Source: Botryllus schlosseri
Taxonomy: Eukaryota
Length of the DNA: 64,000 nt
Direction of reading: 5' to 3'
Assembly (NCBI GenBank): GCA_051294905.1
Contig: CM119386.1
Location: 7,874,001-7,938,000 of the forward strand
The notes below the pieces were generated by a model. The model saw only the letters and a list, made by a program, of their open reading frames with translations. It had not been told where the DNA came from and did no database searches. Below, one piece after another: positions 50,976-63,539 of this stretch. Numbering within the stretch: position 1 is the stretch's first letter; every line of letters begins with the position of its first letter. Position numbers and translations under genes: made by a program.

Positions 50976-53900
50976 TTATCATCAACAGACCGGGCTAGAC
51001 TCGGCAGAAATTCTCGAATCTCGAATCTCTAGAGCTTCGTTAGGTTGGTGAATGGTGATAAGCATGATAGCTGATAGCTATTAGCTACCGGTACACTGAG
51101 GAATGGTTGCAGTTGCAGTCACTAGAGAATACAACAACCGCTTTATATCGTGACTTTGTGACTACTGCACAGAATGATTGTATAATTCAAATTGCTTGAT
51201 CAGTTTATTTTTTACATAACGCGAGTTCTGGACAGGGCAAGATATCGCCACTATTATTTACGCCCTCATGGTAATATCCACCGATACGTTCGAACATCAG
51301 TCTTCTCTACAAAAAACATGAACGTGAACATTACTTTGCAAAATGGTCTTCACGAGTGCATATTGCAGACCTATTCGAATTGTCTTACAAATGTTTTTGA
51401 ACTTCTCTTGCCTCGTTTCAAAAGAACCTCACACAGAAACGTATTTTGACTTCTGCACTGATTCTGAAACATGGTGCAGGAATTGCTGTTCAGGTAATTG
51501 CGCATGATGAGGTTCCACGACAGTGATAACTTTCCCCGTGTGCCATTCACCCGTGCGTGAACCAATTAGCGGCAACAATCGCACAATGGTTAAACATTAC
51601 AGACCATTCAGTAATTTCTGTTTCGATATTTATAAAGCTGTCCTCGTGTGTTCATACAAATAAAGGCATTCTTTGGATCTTCGCTGCGCGAGCGTGGTCA
51701 TGTGCAGGGTAGGTGGTATTGCAACATCATATCCTAACTGGGTATCAAATTGTAGCAAGCGTATATCCTCTCTGCTACCATTATGATATATTAATATTTA
51801 CATTGGCGAATTTCACAATACCTTACGAGGATGTTCAACGACTGTAGATTGGGAAATTTCAAATCCCAATTTGATCTGGCACACAGCCTATACAAACGGA
51901 TTACTCGTTACCGTTTGACATGTGATCACCGGAACGGGATCACGCATTCGCTGAGTGGATGATTGCTATGAATGATGGCGTAATACGGGATACCTGTTAC
52001 ATATTACCTTACCAATTTGATATCATGACTCAAACAATTCATTGTGACGATTGGTCTTCGATATAGGTACATATATGCGGCGATCTTGGGATTGCATTTT
52101 CTCAAATATCCATATGTCAGTACATGACATGTGGAGAAAATGACACGGTTGTGAGTCGCGGGCATGTTTGAAACACGTTGCGTTACGTAACGGAATGGCG
52201 TTGACCAACAAAATTTGGACCATAAAAAAAAACAAGCTTACTTTGGTAACAAATGTTGTTGCCGTGATTGCATCGTACTGTAAAAGTGGTGTCCTTTTTC
52301 TAATCGGAATCAATGCTGAACATTATCCTTGGACTGCGGTGTATAACTTTTGTATAAACGTTAGAAGTGTGTACCATTGTGAATGTTGACAAGCGCTGTC
52401 GCAGATAATACGTTGGTCAAATGTCAGTGAGTGTACTCACCGTGTCTAGTGAACAGTCAACATTTGCAATTCATAGCGTAACAGAATAGATTAGTTTACG
52501 ATACATCTTCGTGGTAGATAGTACTTCCAAGACGCAGCAATCATACCTGTTCAAATTGGTCGGTTTTTCGTGTTAAAAGCTTTTCAGATTCTTGAATTGC
52601 AGCGAAACCGTCAACCGTCAGGGTATTCTACTCACTCACTGCTCACGCGACATTGCCATTTACTGTGAAGCGTCTAAACACTTTTGAAATAGTCATCAGA
52701 ACCACAAACGAGCCATCAAGAATTACCGTTCATTTCACGGAATTTACAAGGGGGCTCATTAGGTTAAATTTAGAACGAACCTATTAACGTCCTTCGAGAT
52801 TACAATCTCAATTTTGCAGTGGGTTGAACCAATCCAACTGAGAAACCGCGGAATTACGAGTCGTTATTCAAGTAGACCAATCACTGTTCTGATGTACCGT
52901 GGCCGGTCATGTACCAGGCAGCTGAAAATACTTTTATTTATTGATTCTCGATAAAGTACTATACTGCGTAATATACTGCCATAGTCCCTTATAGTCTACT
53001 ATACGCTGCGCTTAGTGCACATTGTTTCCGTCCCGTCACTCAAATATATGTCTCCAGCACCACCAAGGGTGCTGCCAAGCCTGCTAGAGCGAGGATCAGG
53101 ACCAGCCCCGAAATTTTGTTGAATCGTGCATCGTAAATTATTCGAAGGCACAAAATATAGAATTAATTAGAAAAAATAGCGAACTGATGCGGACGAAAGA
53201 AAATAGCATGAGACAGGAAATCATATCAAGGAAAATACGCTACTAAATTACCTATATAAAACGAGTGTATGCATACATTACACTGGGGAATAGGGATGCT
53301 GCGAACTCCTAAAATGTTCTGGCTCGTGTGAACCTATATGACGTCACATCTCTATATGCTTATTTAGATTGATGGATCTTACACTTTTGGTCCCGCTTAT
53401 CGTAAGTAGCAAAACTCATAGTTGAATAGTTAGGAATTTTGGTTGGATAGTAGTTGTATTAGAAATTTCTTTTGCCACTACCTGTATCAGATATATCTGC
53501 AGTAGTTATGGTTAATCAGAGCAAGCAAAGTGCAATGTCATTCATGATGGCGTGACTTCAACGAATTGCTTTATTACAGGACTTTATGACACGTTGCTAA
53601 TATTAAAATATATCTTAGGCCTATTTGTGCCTGCAAGGGCCCCGCGCTACGCACTACGCACCCACTATTGTGTGTGAGCACAGATACTATTTCGCACCAC
53701 TGATCCAAAATACCATTTCCTGTATCATCAGACATTGATAACTCTGTCATTGTACGTGAACGTAGGCATAACACGTTTAGCAGTGACCGACCTAGCGAAC
53801 TATTTTATTATTCGCAACCAGTATGTAGCGTTATGAATCAAGCAGGATTCTCATAATCGGTATAATTCACGTCAAAATGTTACTTTTAATTTCGCGTTTT

Positions 53901-54487
53901 CCTTTTTTTGCTGTCATCGAGATGCAGCGAATGATAGTAAGCTGAAATCCAAGAAAGTTTCGTCATAGCTGTTAAGATTTATTGAAATATATTTTTTTAA
54001 AATTTCACAAAAAGGTTCACAGGGTCGAACCAATATTAAGTATGGTTTGCAAAGGGTAACTTTAAATTATCAAGATTCCCATACCGAACGTACGCAGGAT
54101 CTCAATGCATTTTCATTCCTGTTTTACATTTGATATATCAGATTCAGAACTATCATATACAGATACATATATGTACCATGTCGGTCAAAATCATATGCTG
54201 TAGTGTCTTATACATCATAGTCGTGCTGGATTATAGCACGGTGTTGTGGATACTGCACAGTGCACACGATGGTAAAATTGCTGATCTGATAGCCTTTACT
54301 GGATAGTGAAGTAGCAGTCAAGGCGTGGTTATTACTGCAGAAATTTGTAACCGAATACATTGATGAAGTGGAGTGGCCACTTGCCAATATAGCCATATGT
54401 CAGCCACTGTGTGATTTTAGCCACGGCCAAGTGCTTCGGCCACGGCGTTTCTGCTTCATGAAAGGCGAAACAAAATTGGCGCGTCAC

Positions 54488-54678
54488 CTGTCAAATACTG
54501 TACTTCTCATCGGGTTATTTCCGAATGCAGACGCCTTCTCGACGCGCTGTTGAGATACACGTTTAACATTTTCGCTGGAAGTGCCTTTATAGGATAACGC
54601 AATGTGAAATAATACGAAAACAATCACAAAACTTATAAACGTGACATCATACACAAGTTTTTTGGATTTTGTCAATTC
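54488..54678 (-). CDS. Candidate exon encoding a single transmembrane helix and stem (type II membrane protein-like)
   Basis: Acceptor tttttag, frame ELTKSKKLVYDVTFISFVIVFVLFHIALSYKGTSSENVK..., donor gtgacg. No in-phase partner exon found. Confidence 0.3.
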
Positions 54679-56199
54679 CTAAAAATAGTTCCGGTAGTTA
54701 TCGATAAAAGATAGATACCGCAATAGTGTTTGTATCAATAACCTCATTCTTTCGCGGTATAGTTACAAAGCCGTCGGCGACGATGGCTACCTTCGATTAG
54801 GGCTTTTAAAGTCTACGTTGGTAATCCCTTGCATGAAATATTACGTGAAGCAGTTCTATTGTACTCGATCGACGGATGTTTTTTATAGTCGGTTAAGTCT
54901 ACGGTCGAGAACTTCGCTGTCTGAAGCATTATGATGGTCAATTTCCGGTGTGCTGTCGGGTCCTAAAAACAGCATTGACTCTAATTCGACCGACCATCTG
55001 TAGACAAGGCTCGAAGATAAGTAGCCTTTGTCAATGCTGACACGCAGCGCGATTCTGATTATAATATTATGCGTTTGTAGACGTAACATAAGAGTAAACG
55101 CAATCAATGTGAAGTGCAATGCGCATTTTTGTGACCGTACTTTTGTACTGTAGATTTCCTCATATAGCCGCGGGAAGTCAAACGTGATATTATGGGGTGT
55201 GACCTGGATGATGCCAATGTCCGAGTGTCATGAATTCTTATCAACGGACGTTAGCAAAGTATTCAACGGATTCTATACATCTCGACCAACAATTATTCAC
55301 CCTGAGCCTTCGAAATTTCCCATCATGATACACACCTCGCGCGTCTACACCTATTTGCCCCACAACAAAAGACAGGCCAAATAAATTCGACGTGAAGACT
55401 GGGTTACTAATGTAACGGGAAGACACTGACTCACAGGAGTCATTAGCTATAATCGAATACCAAAGTGTGCCGTTACCATTTCGAGAAAAGTTAGATTCTG
55501 AAACACATTCCATTTCATGTACCAACAACGCAAAGTAGAATGCGATCTCAAGTCGTGTTGTTTTTGTAGCTCGCCACAATTAGCAAAGTGAACTCAATAT
55601 GACGGATAGCGCTAAAAATCGGTTCTGTTGTACATGGTCACTTATATTACGCACAATTCATGCCCTGATACGGTATCCCGTCGTTCTACATTTTACAGCC
55701 TTCTTAGAGTGGATCATATTGACAGAAGTGGATGATGTGTCTGACACAAGAGAAATCCCTTTTGCCCTTACATATCACGTATCAGACAATCGAAAATGAC
55801 ACTACGTTTTCCCATCAAAATAAATATGTTTCTGACCGCCCTGGTCTATTATAAGAAATTATGACATCATCACGCAGACCTGTGATTCCCACCCTACTTT
55901 AAATTGATGATCTTTTTGCAGAAAATCGAAAGCGCGTTATCGCTACAGCGTAGACAGACACGATAGACGTGTGTACATAAAGTGTTGGAACTGACGAAAC
56001 TTAGGAGAGTTAACTTCATAGAACTATTAAGATAATTCACATGGTACTTACATCACTTCTCGTTATTTTACCGAAATTCCCAGATTTACGAGGACACGTC
56101 ATATTAGACATTTTTGGAATGTTAGTAGCCGACGTTGAAAACTGTACACTTTGGTCTACGCCGTGCGGAATTAAGAAACTTTGGTGACTTGTTCAATCG

Positions 56200-59100
56200 A
56201 TAAATTATTATATTGGTCCTTCACTCAGTACTGTATGCAGAATGATGCGTACATATGTTCGTTGCGAATCATCAGACTATGTGCGCAATCCTTAATCCCG
56301 ATCGTAATTTTGTTTGCAAGCGACGCTTTGCGAATACGACGAGAGATATGCAGAGCCACAATAATTCTAGACATTCACTCAAATTCCAATGGTAATGACA
56401 AATAGATCAAATTGACACCGGGATAAAAACACCGGAGTGCACTGCTATTAACTTTTGAGGTATTACTTTTTAGTTCTCACCTGAAGAGCTTTTTGGCGGT
56501 ACAGGACTTTAATGCATGAAAGTATATTCATATTGAAATGAACCCAAATATTTTCGGCTGACACTCATCGGGGGTAATCGTCAGCAACTATAGTAAAGAA
56601 TTTGAAAAACTCATTTCACCTCGCGAATACATATTTACGGATTCTGTCATACCACCGAAGGCCGCTCAAATTCAAAATACCGCAGGTTTGTTTGCTGCAT
56701 TGTCACGTACGTAGGCGTAGGCTGGCGACAACGAAGGTTCCTGTCACAGTAAAGAGATAATAATGACGACTCTTAATTTCATTCATAATATTTATGTGTC
56801 CAGAATTTCGAGGAATCGATCACCGTCTGCGAGACACTATATTTTTAAAAAGCAGTTAGTTCGATTCGGTGTAGTGCACGCATGTTTCTGTGACTTTCCC
56901 TTCCTATTTACGAGCGTGTAAAATATTAAAGGATATCGTTAAAACAAATACACTCGGCAATGGCCAGCGGTACGCCAATACAGAATAAAAGATGCCTTGA
57001 TTGCTTTAGCCTTTGCTACGCTATACGATATAGTTCTTGGAAAGCGTCGTCGTTACAGATACAAACAATAAATATAGAACGAAAGATATTTATGTCACAA
57101 ATTTACGCAACCTAAATATAATCGCCAATTTAAGTTTTTCAAATTGAAAGGATGTCCTGAAATAAATGGTGAAATCTCTTCTAGACATGAAGTATTAGCG
57201 TCTGCCAAATGTCGAATAATTTCCCGAAATTGATTCGTACATATAATTGCATATACCATTCTTGCAATTTCTTTGGCAACATACAAAAATGCTGGGTTTG
57301 CATTTAAATTAAAGATACACGTCGAAACCTATGGATTTAATACCTTGATCTTATTTATTTGAAAAGTATTCACATTTAAAATGTGCATGTTGCATTTGAA
57401 GACGGTACGAAAAGTAACTCATATAATATCTCATTCGGGCAATATGTCTGCGGGAGAGTATACACTGCCAAGTTTACGATGTTGGCGTGGTCTGCCTGGT
57501 AACATTCGTCAATAATGATTATATCAAGTCCAATTGAGGACACATATACTAGCTTTAATTTGCGGATTATTGAGGGTGACAATCAGCGCGAATCTTCGAC
57601 ACCCGAATCCCATCGAAATTTCCTAAACATTTAAGATTGTGTAAAAAGCCGCGGCTAGCCAGCTTCCTCGCTAAGTCCGAAAAGGAATGATTATTGAAAT
57701 TGTTGGAATTTACACCGACGGATACATAGCCCCTGCGAAGCGTTTATAGCCTATTTTCAGTAGCAGAAATTATTTGACGGAGACATTGCTATCTTTGTAT
57801 ACTGGCCGTTTCGAGATTAATTGTTCTGATCCCGGTTGTCGCGCCGTGTAATTACAGTACTAATTTCCATGAATGATACGATTTTTAGTAATTCTGTATT
57901 AGGTTGTGGAACAGAGTAACACGCAACACACAACGTGGTCGAATTTTGGTCGTATAGCGAAACGATATGATTTATCTTCAACCTGTGCGGTTTTAACATT
58001 ACTTGCGGTCGATATGATGAAGGGTATGATTATAACTTGCATTTGAAGCGTTTTATTTGAAGAATTCATGTAAGTAGAGCGACAAAAAGTTTCAATCATG
58101 CAGGATTAATATACCGTAGTGTTGTTATCGGGTCATTTGAGATCAAGTGGTCTGGTCATGGTAAAGTTTTCCAGGTTGTTATTGTTATTTGTTGTTGCTG
58201 TGTTCATGGTGTTTTTTTCGACTGCTATGGACAATGGACATTTACACTAGGCCACTGTTCCTTATATGGTTTCTGATTCAGTGATTTGCCGACTTGCAAC
58301 AGGTAAACGATAATTACGGATTTATTCATTTTCTTCTTATGTTAGCCTATTAACACTAATTCTATTTCCAATTTATCGATCACCACTGGCGTATCTGCCT
58401 TATTGCACGAAAACAATATATACTCGCGTAATGGACGGGGTCGTTACTATATGTGTACTGCTCCCATGTTAGGAGTTTCTTGGGCTACATAATGGTGCGT
58501 GTATGGTGTAATTCTATTGAGATATCATATTTTGGTGCACTGCCGCGTACGTCATCATTTTACCTTCTGAACTCACATTCCAGCTAGATTCGTTCATGAT
58601 TACGCCATCAGTGACGTCACTCCTTCGCAAGACTTTGAATGGAAATACCCAATTCAAAACGCCGTCAATGCATGATTGGGTCACATTTAGCGTTCCATAA
58701 TATCACCTATGTGCATTTGATCACTGACTGAGGTAATATGAACTGAGTTGAGAGTCTGCGACAATGGGAAACGTACACCCATACAACCTCGCATCTTTTG
58801 AGACAAACCTTAAAACGGCCCCTTGTCATGCCCTCGTGATTTTGCTGCAGGGATATCTAGATATCTATAGATATCCCTGTTTTGTTGATACTAAAGACCC
58901 ATTCAGGACAGCTTTCTCATTGGTCGCTACTGACTTTGCATTATCAGTGAGATTCTGTTTTACCTCGTATAGGTTACGTGCCTATACTCTGTGAATAATG
59001 CAGCGTCACTCAACGTGAGGCATCGGTTCTTCTATTTCTAGTGATGCATACATTACGTACTCGAATATTCAGCTCAGCTTCTATATGCGTTATTGTTTTC

Positions 59101-59836
59101 AAGAAACATACGGTTTGATTACTACATATTAGGGATTACGGAGGTGAACATACCAGTTATTGTTGATACTCAAGTACGAGTACGAGTAGCGTTTTTCAAA
59201 ACATGTCAAATCTACTTCAAGTGGAAAATGTAAGGTTCGAGAAGTACTCAAGTATAATTCGTTTGAAAAGGTTGATTGGGATGCTAGTTACTACCTAAAA
59301 CAATTTCAAAGGTAGTAGTAGCAGTAGTAGTAGTTTGGCTTGATTGCTATACTGAAGTAGATGTAGAAATAGTCTTAATCTGTAGTCATTTCAGTAAATA
59401 GTGGAAACAGAGACGTAATATTAGACAAAATCCACTTGAGTACTTCGAAAAGTGCGGAGGACAACCTGAATGTTGCACGTAAGCTGTTCGATGGGTTATG
59501 AAAGTCGGCTGAGACATTTCACTTAAGTGCACAACAATTAGACCGTTCTGCGTCAGCAATGTTTTCGAAGACACAAGACGTCATTATCAGCGAAGCTCAA
59601 TTTGTGAACCTTGGTAGCATCGGCAATTTGCGTTCTTGCATCGTGGAAATTTTGCAAAACACAGCAAATGAGCCTTAATGAGCGGGTGTCATGATAAACA
59701 AGAGAAGAAATGGATTCGATCGAAGCAAAACACGAGATTTCTTTCCCGAGTCGTGTAAGCAATTTGTCGAAATGATCATCGCCCAAAGCGTTACACGATT
59801 GCAGTATTATTGAGCGCATAACCGAAATGGAACCAT
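56200..59836 (-). pseudogene. Decayed tandem-DED + RIG-I-like DExD/H helicase gene
   Basis: In order: MVPFRYAL/ALGDDHFDKL (DED-like, 59836-59600); second DED-like helix set (~59590-59390); VIIIP..STASNVKT (Walker A-like, ~58012-57989); LIVT..PQI (Ib, ~57586-57558); DIIIIDEC (II, 57522-57502); SR..LFTVT..FVVASL (IV, ~56772-56720); GGMTE (56656-56642); TIVADD (V, ~56596-56577); pincer-like helix (~56270-56200). Many stops and frameshifts. Confidence 0.6.
58176..58256 (-). mobile_element. 3' fragment of the tRNA-SINE family inserted in the helicase relic
   Basis: ttcatggtgttt..tcgactgctatgg...tttacactaggcc matches the 3' part of 29757-30012, with a (AAC)n-type tail. Confidence 0.6.
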
Positions 59837-60039
59837 TCGTTTGTCTATCTCTATGACATCGTATTGGCCCATGTCATGTTCGGGGAATCTTAAGGATTGT
59901 TCAAGCGAAAACAGTTAGTTATGCGAGTCGTAATAATTGGTAACGTTATTTTTCAACGACACTACGTGTATGTAAATACGATCAACTCGTTAGTCAGACG
60001 CCGTTTGCCAAGTCGGGCGAAAACCTAAGTCCTAAATAG

Positions 60040-60860
60040 ATGGAATATCATTATGCAGTGCCTATGATAATGCACACCATCTCCTATATACGTTCGAAGA
60101 CCCAACCAATGCTCACATCGCTGAAAATGTTAAGTGTTCGTCCGCATTCAATTGGCCTTCGAAACATGAGCCCAGGTTGCGTGGGCAGCAATTCAAATCT
60201 TGCTACTGAAACCAGCAATTTACGGGCGGGTGATGACGTAACTGGGTTCTATTCATCATCAAAATTATTCAAAATGATGGCGCGGCCACACGCACGGGAC
60301 ATATTAGGAAAAGTAAGTACGGTATATATTATCTTGGAATGCAATTCAACTTTTATGCATTCCAATGAGTAGCAGCTAACCTTAGGTCAATAAGAGGCGA
60401 TGTTTTATTAATACGAAAGCTATATAAAGCTGTGGGCTTAACTTTCACGCCTTGATCATAATAAATGACGTCGAATTGCGTTGCGTGACAACAATAAAAG
60501 GCGCCAACGGTTAAGTTGTTCAATTCGACGTCGACAACGTCTCTGGAGCTTACACGAGGAGGACTTGTATGTCAGTTTGGTACATTTAAAGTGTTTCCCA
60601 GTCGAAACTACTCCGCAGATACGCGGGACTCTACCATAGCGTATCGGTTGCATATCAAGTCACTGGCTCCGTCCGTGCCCCATTTTGCTTTTACACTCAC
60701 TCCAATGGATATAAACGAGTCGATTACACACAAAACCTTATGGAGATATATCCCAAGTGTGTAGTGGGTTATGTAGACGTGTAACGCAGGAAACGGGTGT
60801 GAAAGCAAAAGTTTGCACCTGAAAATGCTGATGATTTTTTTACACATTTCGGGAGGGTGG
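60040..60860 (+). pseudogene. Exon-like ORF with strong donor followed by a CUB-like remnant
   Basis: ATG 60040 open to AAA|gtaagt at 60312. ORF 60516-60764 has VCQFGTFKVFPSRNYSADTRDSTIAYRLHIKSLAPSVPHFAF, resembling the CUB start (S.NYP..Y.....C.W.I......I.L.F). Confidence 0.3.
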
Positions 60861-61090
60861 GAATTGGTAGTTTACACCATTTTCGTTCAGACAGTAGAAT
60901 CTGTATGAATTAACATAAAGTGATATTAACAACTTGATTACCTTACAACTAATCTAAGTCTGCTTATGTCAATTACTTCAAAGTCAATCAAATTCCCTTG
61001 TATCGGTTGTCATTGCCGATTTCGAATATTGTCTATGACGAAATAATGAGCAAAGCTCGATCCCCTCCACTATTGGTCGACTTTCCAGAC

Positions 61091-62470
61091 CAGGGGTGGG
61101 CAATTATTTTCCTCCGCGGGCCAAATAACAAAAATAAATACGTTGGCGGGCCGAGTGAAAAAATTTCGCTATATTCACCAGCGTATTTTAATTTTATGTC
61201 TAAATTACATTCTTATGAAATGCTGCTCAGTGTATGTGTTGATATTAGGTATTTTGAAAGTGACAGTTAATTAAAAAAATATCTATTTGCTGTCATGATT
61301 CGAAACAATGTTAAACATAATGTATTTTTGCTCTTTTAAAACCCCTATCCACGTTCTTCCATTAGGACTTTGAAGCAGTGGTTCTCAAACTTTTTTAAGC
61401 ACGCCTCCCTTTATGATAGTGAACAATTTCGCGCCCCCTTATCATATATCACAAAATATTAAAAAGTGCAACCGGAATGCCAGTAATCCCAACGGATAGT
61501 TTGATAGCATGGAAGATTATGACTATTAATGATATAATTGTAAAATATATATATTCGGACAATACACAAAGCAACAACTACAAGTTGGGTGTATATCGCG
61601 CGGAGCGCGAAAATTTTTTTCAATAAACTTCGGCTTCGCGCCATCCTTCTGTTGCTTTCACGTCTCCCAGTTTGAGAACCACTGCACTGAAATGTATATG
61701 CAATAGTTCAAAGCTCATTTTCATGATCGCTGCCTTCCGAGCAGTGTGCATGTGCACTTGTGCAGCCTAAATATATTTTCGGTTGAGCGAAGCTTGCAGT
61801 TTTTCTGAACTTCGCCCTCCCTTGACCAAGTGTTTCGTGTTTTTGTCATAAAACCGACTTTAATTAAAATTCCTAATCTCGGCGACATGCTCGGCAAAAG
61901 CTAAAAGGACGGGTTTACCCCTGACTTCAGTATAGTGTATTTAATGCACTAAATTCTAAACCTAACCCTTCTTTGAATTTCAGTTTTCGGCTTTCTTTTT
62001 TGGGCGTGCCCGGTAATCCTTTATGGGTGATAAATATGATGAGCCATATAGTAATCGCAAGCACTGATTGACTTGTTTTACGAATTAGGGATTTGGAAAC
62101 ATATCACGTAACAAATTGAAACTCATACCGTGTATATTGCGTAATTTGACAATGGCAACTAGGAAGGTTTGAACTAAACTATATGGAAAGAGTGATTTCT
62201 TGTGTCTTTAATTGCTACTCGTACTTTTGCCACATTGCCTTCGTTGTGGATCTGGATTTCGCACGCATGTCAGGTACGTAGGCAGCGTTATCGTGGCATA
62301 TTAATGAACAGGCTTCAAAGTAAACGAATTTCCTGTTCATTTGATACAGCCAGTATTAGTCATTCAAAAAGCAAGCTTTATGTTTTGAATTCCAAGCACC
62401 CTTTCGCGGGCCGCACAAAGTAGCTTCGCGGGCCGCATGTGGCCCGCGGGCCGCACTTTGCCCAGGTCTG
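61091..62470. mobile_element. 1.4-kb hAT/Charlie element with a nested MITE
   Basis: Termini caggggtgggcaa / ttgcccaggtctg; perfect TSD TTCCAGAC at 61083-61090 and 62471-62478; gcgggccg subterminal repeats. Confidence 0.9.
61376..61684. mobile_element. Nested Charlie-type MITE
   Basis: Perfect TIRs cagtggttctcaaact / agtttgagaaccactg; TSD degenerate (5/8). Confidence 0.85.
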
Positions 62471-62559
62471 TTCCAGACCCTCACTAAGCCCAACGGCAAA
62501 GAAATTCGATTGTAGATATTGAATGTCAAGGCAGTCCTGCGACTCGAAACCGTCTCATA

Positions 62560-63530
62560 GTTTCATCACGAGATACAGATACGTGTCGGTGTTTTCTCCA
62601 TCATGATTGCCTTGTATTGGCCCTATTTCTCCCACGAATTGGAACATCTTCGGAAGGCTAAAACTGTTTGAATTGGCAACTATCTCATGGGATTAGATGA
62701 AGCATTGCATTTCTCTTTGGACGTTTAAGATAAAGTGGTACTGAAATATTTTAGAAGCGCTCATCGGGATACGATCTGAGTGTCCATTCCCAGTAAATTG
62801 CGAGGAAAATCCTATATATTGTTTACACCCGTTTGTGTGCCACGTGCCTGTGATCATCTCCAATCATTCGAAGGGCGTGTTGAGTGATTTCGCTTTACTC
62901 GGCTCTCATTTGCGTTAGGAGTAGAAAAATCGGTAAGCTCTGTTTTGAGATAAGTACGACTGGGTGAACACTTTCATTTCTGAGTTCGCATATAATCGTC
63001 CAGTCGATTGGCTTATTGTTACATTCGGCACAATTAAATGGATTGTTATAATCTTGGAATCGCTGGATATTTACTTCCATTGGAGGATAGGCTGAAGTTG
63101 GGATTTTTTGTTTCGGCTTATAATTGAAATGTTTTGTTTGATACCGAGCCACATTGCTCTTTCATGTCCGAATCGAGTATTCATCGTAATGATTCGAGAG
63201 ACAATTTTTGACTACTGAATTATACGTACTTTTCCACGAGAATCTTATAGTTTCGATACTCCCTTTCCCTGTGGAAGCCTTAAAACTTGGATGGGTCTTA
63301 CCAAAAACTAAAACATGTAGCAAAAGTCTACGCAAGGTCGTGGAAATGGCATATCGTAGAAGTCATGGTCAACCATGGCCAACTGTATCACAATAACCCG
63401 AATATATTTGTATGGTGTCATTAGTCCTTTTGCGTTAGTTGAGAGGATGCATACCGTCTCGTACTTCGAAAGTAGCCTATATACGCACCTGCCAAGGTAA
63501 TTGGAACCCTCGACCAGGTACACTTTTTGA
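62560..63530 (+). pseudogene. Decayed tandem sushi/CCP array
   Basis: GTEIF*KRSSGYDL (~62743-62778), TPVCVPRACDHLQSFEGRVE (62825-62884, P.C...C inter-sushi junction), AYRLV...RTCQGNWNPRP (~63450-63516); many stops and frameshifts; cut by the TIR element at 63540. Confidence 0.55.
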
Positions 63531-63539
63531 AATAACGCA

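Noticed and set aside
58260-58269. Perfect CArG box CCTTATATGG as a serum-response element for the PLK
   Set aside because: It is 7.4 kb from the promoter, and several such motifs are expected by chance in 64 kb of AT-rich DNA.
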